A stretch of 29,250 bases of DNA, taken from contig JBBCAX010000137.1 of NCBI GenBank assembly GCA_051382335.1, positions 1 through 29,250 of the forward strand, read 5' to 3'. The notes under the pieces are model-generated. The model ran no database searches, was not told the origin of the DNA, and worked only from the letters and a program-made list of their open reading frames with translations. Source of the stretch: Deltaproteobacteria bacterium TL4. GTDB taxonomy: Bacteria > SAR324 > NAC60-12. Shown piece after piece: positions 11,635 to 18,048 of this stretch (position 1 is the first letter of the stretch; every line of letters starts with the position of its first letter). The position numbers and the translations under genes are program-made.

Positions 11635-11761
11635 TTCGTATCAAAACAAATAGCAATTCTGAGACATTGAAACCATAACTAATAAAATTTATGATCGTGT
11701 TCCCTTCTGAAATTCTGTATTGAACATCGGAGGAATAAAATAACAATATTTTTGAAAATCA

Positions 11762-12760
11762 ATGATGGAAAATCAAACTAATGTACCTCAAAGTAACGAT
11801 CGTTTCCATATTATATTGTTCGTTGTGTTGAGCATCACCTTCTTTTTGTTAGTTTTTTTTATTGATAACATTATTATTAGTGTAAAAGCTGGTGAAGCTG
11901 CGGTTCTCTTCAGAAGGTTTCAGGGGGGAACGGTTATGGATAAGGTTTATGGTGAAGGCATACATTTCATTTTGCCGATCAACTATATGGTCATCTATGA
12001 TGTTAAAATTCAAGAAGTGACGCAACAAGTCGATGTGATCAGTCAAAATGGACTGGTTGTTGAAGTCTCTGTCTCTGTTCGATATCGACCGATAGTTGAA
12101 GACCTTCCTCGTTTGCATCAACTGATTGGAACGGATTATTTAAATAAAATCATCCTTCCAATTACGATCTCTGCCGTTCGTAAAACTATCGGACGTTATC
12201 GCCAGGAAGAATTGTACACAACAGTTCGTGATCAATATCAGCGTGAAGTGTTGATTCATGCCATTGAAGAAGCAGGACGACTTCCCGTTCAGTTTAATGA
12301 TATTGTTGTTCGTAATATTAAGCTGCCGACAGTAATTAATGCTGCGATTGAGCAAAAGCTACGGCATGAACAGGCTTTTTTAGAGTACGAATTCCGCATA
12401 AAAAGCGAACAAAAAGAAGCAGAAAGGAAAAAAATTGAAGCAGGGGGTTATGCAGCCTACAACCGCATCATATCCCAGAGTTTGACCGATAGGATTCTCA
12501 TGCTTAAAGGGATTGAAGTCACAGAACAGCTTGCAAAATCAAATAACTCAAAAGTTGTTATTATGGGGAATTCATCTAAAAATCTGCCTGTCATCTTAAG
12601 TGCGGAATCATGGAACAAAGGACCCAACCGTGGAGCAGAAACTCAGGCAACTCAGGAAGAAACCGACTCAAATCCAAGTACCCAGGAAGAAACCGACTCA
12701 AATCCAAGTACCCTGGAGACATCACCATCTGTTCCCGAGACGAATGAGGAAGTCAAATAA
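11762..12760 (+). CDS. SPFH / prohibitin family membrane protein
   Basis: N-terminal TM, GEAAVLFRRF..GEGIHFILP, VSVRYRP, IKLPTVINAAIEQK, coiled coil EAERKKIEA, NNSKVVIMG; low-complexity acidic tail. Confidence 0.92.
   Translation: MMENQTNVPQSNDRFHIILFVVLSITFFLLVFFIDNIIISVKAGEAAVLFRRFQGGTVMDKVYGEGIHFILPINYMVIYDVKIQEVTQQVDVISQNGLVVEVSVSVRYRPIVEDLPRLHQLIGTDYLNKIILPITISAVRKTIGRYRQEELYTTVRDQYQREVLIHAIEEAGRLPVQFNDIVVRNIKLPTVINAAIEQKLRHEQAFLEYEFRIKSEQKEAERKKIEAGGYAAYNRIISQSLTDRILMLKGIEVTEQLAKSNNSKVVIMGNSSKNLPVILSAESWNKGPNRGAETQATQEETDSNPSTQEETDSNPSTLETSPSVPETNEEVK
12653..12712 (+). repeat. Exact 2 x 30-bp in-frame tandem repeat (QEETDSNPST x2)
   Basis: CAGGAAGAAACCGACTCAAATCCAAGTACC at 12653-12682 and 12683-12712. 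Confidence 0.95.
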
Positions 12761-12779
12761 AGGCAAACTAATTTCAAGA

Positions 12780-13214
12780 TTACCAGTAGTGCGATATGAA
12801 GCACGCCTCTAAACATTCGATTTCACTCTTATCACAAGTATTGCCCTCCACGGTTATGCCGCTGCTGAGACGACCCCTGCAAATCGCGACATTTATAGGA
12901 CAATAGCGAATACACACGATAAAAGCGCCTATCTGAGGACGGCCTTTACCTCTATCCGCAAGAAAGACAATGTCACGCAGATAATTATACCTGCAAATCT
13001 CACCTCTATCTTCTTTAGAATAGTATTTTCTAAAACAGGCAATTCGTTCTTGTACAATAGCTGGTAATCGGTCCAGAGTTTCCTCCACGGTAAGTCTTTG
13101 AACCTTGGAGGATTCCGTATCTGCCGCCTTTACGATGGAGGAACGGCTCAGTACAATGAAGAGTGACACAAGAGCGAGGCTGATTATTAAGATAGTTCGA
13201 CGTAAAATATACAT
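12780..13214 (-). CDS. Secreted or membrane-anchored cysteine-rich hypothetical protein (8 Cys)
   Basis: Basic N-terminus, hydrophobic core and a VKA-A cleavage-like site; 8 Cys including CIRYC and CLEAC; the ORF fills the gap between SPFH and DUF697. No SD seen. Confidence 0.7.
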   Translation of the reverse strand: MYILRRTILIISLALVSLFIVLSRSSIVKAADTESSKVQRLTVEETLDRLPAIVQERIACFRKYYSKEDRGEICRYNYLRDIVFLADRGKGRPQIGAFIVCIRYCPINVAICRGRLSSGITVEGNTCDKSEIECLEACFISHYW

Positions 13215-13274
13215 GGGGGAGTTGGTAATGTGGAGAACATAACAGAACGACTCTAGCCGAGCCTATGAATCTAC

Positions 13275-13314
13275 GTGAAATAAAAGGCTCTGAACAGGAA
13301 CTCTTTTATTTCAC
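13275..13314. other. 12-bp perfect inverted repeat between the DUF697 and Cys-rich genes
   Basis: GTGAAATAAAAG (13275-13286) / CTTTTATTTCAC (13303-13314) with a 16-nt loop. Confidence 0.7.
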
Positions 13315-13358
13315 AAGTAAGAGAAAACAAGTGATCAAATCACCGTGTCAGTTTTACT

Positions 13359-13889
13359 CTACGCTTTTTTTGCTGCAGAGGGTTTCATCTCAGCAGCAAC
13401 AACTTTTCCTTCTTCATACAAGGCCGCAAAATGCTCTCGGACTTTTTCAGGATTGAAATTCAAGAAAGTTCCACCTGACGCAAAGTGCTGCAAGAAAATC
13501 TTCCCGACCGCATACGTCGATGCACCGGCGGAAATAGGTGTCACCACAATCCCTGTCAATAGTCCAATTCCAGGAATGGCCTTCGTTAAACTCAATCCCA
13601 AGCGGGACAAACCATCAACACCCAATCCCCCTAACAAGGAACCGATCGTGGATTTTCCCCAATTCTTCTTAAATTCAAGATCATACAGCTTTGAAAGCTG
13701 GCTGAGCATTCTCAATTGAATCGCAGTGGTTCCCAAAACATCAATGATTGGAAAAGGAATTAAACCAATCCCCATGGACCACAGAACGTTGTTTTTAATA
13801 TATTTTGATCCCTCAACTTCTTTTTCCTTTAAAGCATCGTTCAGCTTATCTACTTTCTCAGGTTTTGCTTCTTGCGTCTTTTCTTGCAT
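13359..13889 (-). CDS. DUF697 / YcjF-like domain protein
   Basis: GLIPFPIID...IQLRMLSQLSKLY, KAIPGIG and ASTYAVGKIFLQHFASGGTFLNF match the short stand-alone DUF697 pattern as recalled; GAGGAG upstream. Confidence 0.85.
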   Translation of the reverse strand: MQEKTQEAKPEKVDKLNDALKEKEVEGSKYIKNNVLWSMGIGLIPFPIIDVLGTTAIQLRMLSQLSKLYDLEFKKNWGKSTIGSLLGGLGVDGLSRLGLSLTKAIPGIGLLTGIVVTPISAGASTYAVGKIFLQHFASGGTFLNFNPEKVREHFAALYEEGKVVAAEMKPSAAKKA

Positions 13890-14191
13890 GACTCCTCATA
13901 AGTTTCGCGTGAAAAAATTAAAACTATCAATTATTAACCTCCGAAGCTCTTTGAAGAGGAGACTCAGGACTCATGATCACACCACCAATTATAAACAATC
14001 TTACGTAATTCTGTCCTAGCATCTTCGTCATTGATAAACTCGGAAATTCTGCCGTATAATTGGAACATATTTGGAAGGATGTCAAGCTATTCCCACAATT
14101 GATGTGGAATAAACCAGACTTAAACGCATAGAAAAAATATCAGAAAATGGCTAAGAAAATTTAAAAAGTTGTTCTTTGATTGAGGAAGTAC

Positions 14192-15010
14192 TCATGAAGC
14201 CAGCAGGACTTCTTTTGCGTCTTCCAGCGTAATCCCACTAGAGAGGATTTCTGTCCGGAAGCGTTTTAAGAGCGCATTGAGAAGAAAATTAATATGAGAT
14301 CGGTTTTTTCCCAGAAGCAAAGCAATTTGAGTGATGGAATATCCACTTTCAAAGCGCATTTTTAAGATAAATCGTTCCTCTTCTTTCTCAATATCTTGAA
14401 CCATGATCCCCATGAGGTGGTAAAGTTTTTCCATTTTGGATTGAAACTGGGAGTGCGTAAATACGAACTCAGGGTCCGCATCATCAACGGAAACCGCCAC
14501 AGAAGCTTGCTCTTCACCTCTGATTGGAGGTGTACGTTTTAGTGTTGAGACCAGTTTTTGAAAATCGGCAATATTGATTTGAAACTGATAATTAATGATA
14601 AGAATACGGTATGCTTCCTCATAACTATGCCTTTCTTTATAAACCAACTCTTCCAATTTTACAGCCACAGGTCCAATCTTTAGAGACTCCCGAGAAGGAC
14701 GCCAACGACCTTTTCTACTTCTGAGAAAATCGACAAAAAATCGTCCAAAAATAGTGAATAAATAAGTCTTAAACGCTGATTTTCCATTAAAGGAACGGAT
14801 TATGGCATAATCATTTTCAACCAACTTCACATGAACCTCAGACGTAAACTCCTCCACCTCCTCTTGATTCATGTGATGTCGTGAGGCGATATTCTTAATA
14901 ACTTTTTCAATGTCATTGAAATGACGCTCAAGAAATCTTACAGGATGGGTATGATTGGATTCATGGATTGAAGGTGTCTTGCGGTTTCGGTGATTTGCTT
15001 TGATTGACAT
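14192..15010 (-). CDS. Sigma-70 family (ECF-like) RNA polymerase sigma factor
   Basis: Region-2-like VEEFTSEVHVKL..IRSFNGKSAFKTYLFTIFGRFFVDFLRSR; region-4-like HTH EERFILKMRFESGYSITQIALLLG. Confidence 0.82.
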   Translation of the reverse strand: MSIKANHRNRKTPSIHESNHTHPVRFLERHFNDIEKVIKNIASRHHMNQEEVEEFTSEVHVKLVENDYAIIRSFNGKSAFKTYLFTIFGRFFVDFLRSRKGRWRPSRESLKIGPVAVKLEELVYKERHSYEEAYRILIINYQFQINIADFQKLVSTLKRTPPIRGEEQASVAVSVDDADPEFVFTHSQFQSKMEKLYHLMGIMVQDIEKEEERFILKMRFESGYSITQIALLLGKNRSHINFLLNALLKRFRTEILSSGITLEDAKEVLLAS

Positions 15011-15316
15011 TGATTCCAGACTATTAACTTCGGCTACCTTGGTTCATCTTACACTAAACACAGTTCTTTGAAGGACAGGATCTTTTTTCAGCAACCCGGT
15101 GCAAGTTACGCTCAACTCGAGACTGAGCGTAATCCACGCTACCGTTAACTTTGTCACGCCAAATGAAAACACACCTTCTAAAGAAGGTAGATTCCTGTTT
15201 AAACAAGAAATGACAAGTTTTTTTCAGTAATTCAGAATATTCATTTATCGTTTTTGAATCAGGTTTGGTTGTCTTTGACGGGGACACCCCTTTTAAGTGT
15301 TTCCTGCTGCATTTCC

Positions 15317-15895
15317 TCAAGTTACGTTCCTTGTTTTTTCAATCAGATACCTTTTCAGTAATTCGCGTTCCCTTTTGTAGATGGGCGTCCCTGTTTGTCG
15401 GCTTATTTTTCTTACAAACACTGAAAAATCGTTAAACAAGTGAATTACTCTTCCTGAATCCCCTCCCAAGTCCGCTCCGACCAAGTGGATCTTTTCCAGC
15501 ATAAGGTATTTCTTAATAAACTGGATATTATCCTCGCCCACACGATTGACGCCGTCTTTAGCCAAACCATTTTGTAACACAGCACCGCCACCAAACGCTT
15601 TGGCCTTCAAGTTCCGCTTTTGGGCACCTGATTTCAACATATTATCGATTAATATTTCCATCGCACAAGTGCCATATCGTGAGGGATTTGAAGTAGACTC
15701 CTGTGTCTTAAGATCATTCTTGGGAGAAGACATTAAAAAATGATTCATCCCGATCACTCCCTGGATGTTATCGCACAGGCACACCGCAACACACGATCCT
15801 ACCAAGGTCGAGATGATGACATCTTTATTGCTGACATAAAGCTCTCCAGGGTCAATAATGATTCGTGTTTTATCAAGTATGGCTTCTGTCCTCAT
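15317..15895 (-). CDS. cheD: Chemoreceptor glutamine deamidase CheD
   Basis: IDPGELYV, STLVGSCVAVCL (catalytic Cys), GMNHFL (His), RYG..AMEILI, AKAFGGG, DLGG..GR. ATG 15895 (AGGAAAG upstream) preferred; GTG 16000 is the longer alternative. Confidence 0.92.
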   Translation of the reverse strand: MRTEAILDKTRIIIDPGELYVSNKDVIISTLVGSCVAVCLCDNIQGVIGMNHFLMSSPKNDLKTQESTSNPSRYGTCAMEILIDNMLKSGAQKRNLKAKAFGGGAVLQNGLAKDGVNRVGEDNIQFIKKYLMLEKIHLVGADLGGDSGRVIHLFNDFSVFVRKISRQTGTPIYKRERELLKRYLIEKTRNVT

Positions 15896-16031
15896 TCTGG
15901 CTTTCCTGGCAGACCGCTTTTGCTTTAAGACCTGAGCGTTTAATAACTTCCCTATTTTGAAGGTCTCTTGTTCCTCCAGTTTCTTTGCACGAAAGGACAC
16001 CGACCATGAAATTCTGACGCAAACCCTGGTA

Positions 16032-17963
16032 TCACTTTGTCATCAAGTATCCAAGAATTTCTAACCGTTTTTTTACTTTGGCGTAATGGCTTCGCTCAAT
16101 GGCAACATGAAAATTTTCCACTTTAAGAATGTATTTTTTGAGGATTTCATCTTTAGTCATCAAGTGCAGCAATTCGGGATCATTGTCCAGTCGGTAAACG
16201 ACCAGTTGATCCATTTCAGACAGAGGATTGACCCGGTTTAAGGCTTTTTCAAAAAAGGTTTCCCATACCAAAGAAGGTTTTGCTTCAATGTGTGTATGAA
16301 ATAGTTTTATTTTTTCCTGGACATCGTTTTTGCTCGTACAACCTTTCAGGAACGATTCATAATCCATCTTATAACGATTGTGAGCAATGGGTTTGGCCAG
16401 TTTTTCGATGATGATCTGCTTAAGATGATCTTCACCATTCATACTGAACAGTAAGCGTCGATCATCCAAAACGAGCTTAACCTGTTTTTTATTTTGTTGT
16501 TTGATTTCATACGTGCTGGTTTTTCCTGTGACATAAACACCTAAATCGGTCAGACGTATGTATTGCAACCCATCAAATACTGAAAAATACTCATGTCCTT
16601 TTTGTTTTAAATGCGGATTAAGGGGCGGACCATAGGCAATGTCAACGAGTCCAAACGCCGCAAACAGAAAAAAATGCCCTGCCAATAAAGGGACAATAAT
16701 AGCGTCATCATAAATTCCGGCACTGATGTATATCTTATCTTCCCAGATACCATAATCTTCTTGACGTTCCTGCGTATAATAGAGATATCTGGACGCGGAA
16801 TAGACATCGACACATTGGAGATTCAGGTCATGCAATATGGCATAATTAGCAATATTCGAAAAACTGACCCATTCATTGGGGGGCAAGGCTTTCAGCACCT
16901 GATTCCAGATCACAGGGGCAACACTTCCCTCGGGATGATAAGCACGGGTATGGTAGGTTGCGATTCCCTTGAGATGAAATAAAAAAACATCCAGGAGCGA
17001 AATACGTTTGTTTTTTTGATAATCATCGAAGACCTTTTTAACTAACTCCAAAGGGGAGTTTGAAAGTGAGATTTCCATTTTTGAAAGAATGTTCAGCATT
17101 AGCTCTGTTTTGATGAATTCAAGACCTTTCTCTTGATAAAATTCCTGGTTTTTACCAAACTGGCTCAATTCCTTTAAAGAACCCCTCAACGGTTTTCCTG
17201 TCTTTGAAAGCTGTAACTGTCCTTGCTCAATGTAAGTCAGAAACAGAGGCAGTTCCTCCAGGATCATTTCCCTGTTTTCGTAAAGCGTCCACTTGTCCAG
17301 AGCTTCTGCTACGGTATGAAGTTCATACTCAGGCGGTGCTTCTAAAAAGGGTTTCAGGGCATTTTTAATTTCAGTGGGAAAATAGAAATGATAACGGTAA
17401 CGAGTTTGACGGTTTCTCCAATCGTAGTTGTAGTCACTGGAAGAACAAAAAATCAGGAACTCCGTTAATAAACGATCTTTGTCATCACCGGAATCGCTCA
17501 ACTTCTGGACAGCAATTTTATAATGGCTCTTGAGCTGTTTTTCTGAAAAAGGGTTTCGATTCCATACTAATAAATTAAATAAAACTTGTGCGGATTCCGG
17601 CATTTTTGAGAGTAAGGTGTGAAACACTTCTTTGTCCGTAAATATGGTATAAAGCACGTTGACAAAATATTCTTTTCGTGAACTTTCTTTGGGTTCCAAC
17701 GCTTTTAAAACCTTGTTTTTACTGAACGAAGTTGGAAACTGGTTGACCAAATCGTGAAAATAGACACGATAGAGTCGTTGCAGGGATTTTTTAACGTAAT
17801 TACTATCTATTGCCGACCACAACTCATTCTCTAAACTTTCATTCCCTTTAGGTTCAGTCAGTTCGTCATCCAGCAATTCCTTATCCAGCAATTCCTTTTC
17901 GAATATTGCAATGTTGAGCCCTGACTGTTTCAACTTTCTTAAGATTTCATCGTGAATAGACAT
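16032..17963 (-). CDS. Hypothetical 643-aa protein, partner of the SNF2 ATPase; possible C-terminal XPB-N/Helicase_C_3-like domain
   Basis: Long clean ORF 85 bp downstream of SNF2 on the same strand, with AGGAAG upstream; winged-helix-like FGLVDIAY...IRLTDLG, then RYKMDYESFLKG...IKLFHTHIEAKP..W. Confidence 0.75.
   Translation of the reverse strand: MSIHDEILRKLKQSGLNIAIFEKELLDKELLDDELTEPKGNESLENELWSAIDSNYVKKSLQRLYRVYFHDLVNQFPTSFSKNKVLKALEPKESSRKEYFVNVLYTIFTDKEVFHTLLSKMPESAQVLFNLLVWNRNPFSEKQLKSHYKIAVQKLSDSGDDKDRLLTEFLIFCSSSDYNYDWRNRQTRYRYHFYFPTEIKNALKPFLEAPPEYELHTVAEALDKWTLYENREMILEELPLFLTYIEQGQLQLSKTGKPLRGSLKELSQFGKNQEFYQEKGLEFIKTELMLNILSKMEISLSNSPLELVKKVFDDYQKNKRISLLDVFLFHLKGIATYHTRAYHPEGSVAPVIWNQVLKALPPNEWVSFSNIANYAILHDLNLQCVDVYSASRYLYYTQERQEDYGIWEDKIYISAGIYDDAIIVPLLAGHFFLFAAFGLVDIAYGPPLNPHLKQKGHEYFSVFDGLQYIRLTDLGVYVTGKTSTYEIKQQNKKQVKLVLDDRRLLFSMNGEDHLKQIIIEKLAKPIAHNRYKMDYESFLKGCTSKNDVQEKIKLFHTHIEAKPSLVWETFFEKALNRVNPLSEMDQLVVYRLDNDPELLHLMTKDEILKKYILKVENFHVAIERSHYAKVKKRLEILGYLMTK
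17868..17897 (-). repeat. Exact 2 x 15-bp in-frame tandem repeat (KELLD x2)
   Basis: ATCCAGCAATTCCTT at 17868-17882 and 17883-17897 on the + strand. Confidence 0.9.
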
Positions 17964-18048
17964 GTTCTTCCTATCGATCAGCAGAATACGTATCGTGAAT
18001 CCTCAATGATTGTGCCCCAACAGGGGAAAACTCATACCACTTGAGGTT

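Noticed and set aside
11729..11761. Strong GGAGGA upstream of SPFH suggesting a frameshifted longer N-terminus
   Set aside because: There is an in-frame TGA at 11753-11755 and no suitably spaced start codon; the SPFH protein already has its TM anchor.
9737..12100. AT-rich patch as evidence of a genomic island
   Set aside because: Lower GC coincides with Ile/Phe/Leu-rich membrane segments; no integrase, tRNA or flanking direct repeats seen, and GC was not computed.
12653..12712. CRISPR-like 30-bp repeats
   Set aside because: The copies are directly adjacent with no spacer, lie in-frame within a CDS, and there are no cas genes.
15054..15320. 88-aa ORF between cheD and the sigma factor as a possible anti-sigma
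   Set aside because: No TM segment, no HxxxCxxC motif, no SD and random-looking composition. The GTGA overlap with the cheD stop means it cannot be fully excluded.
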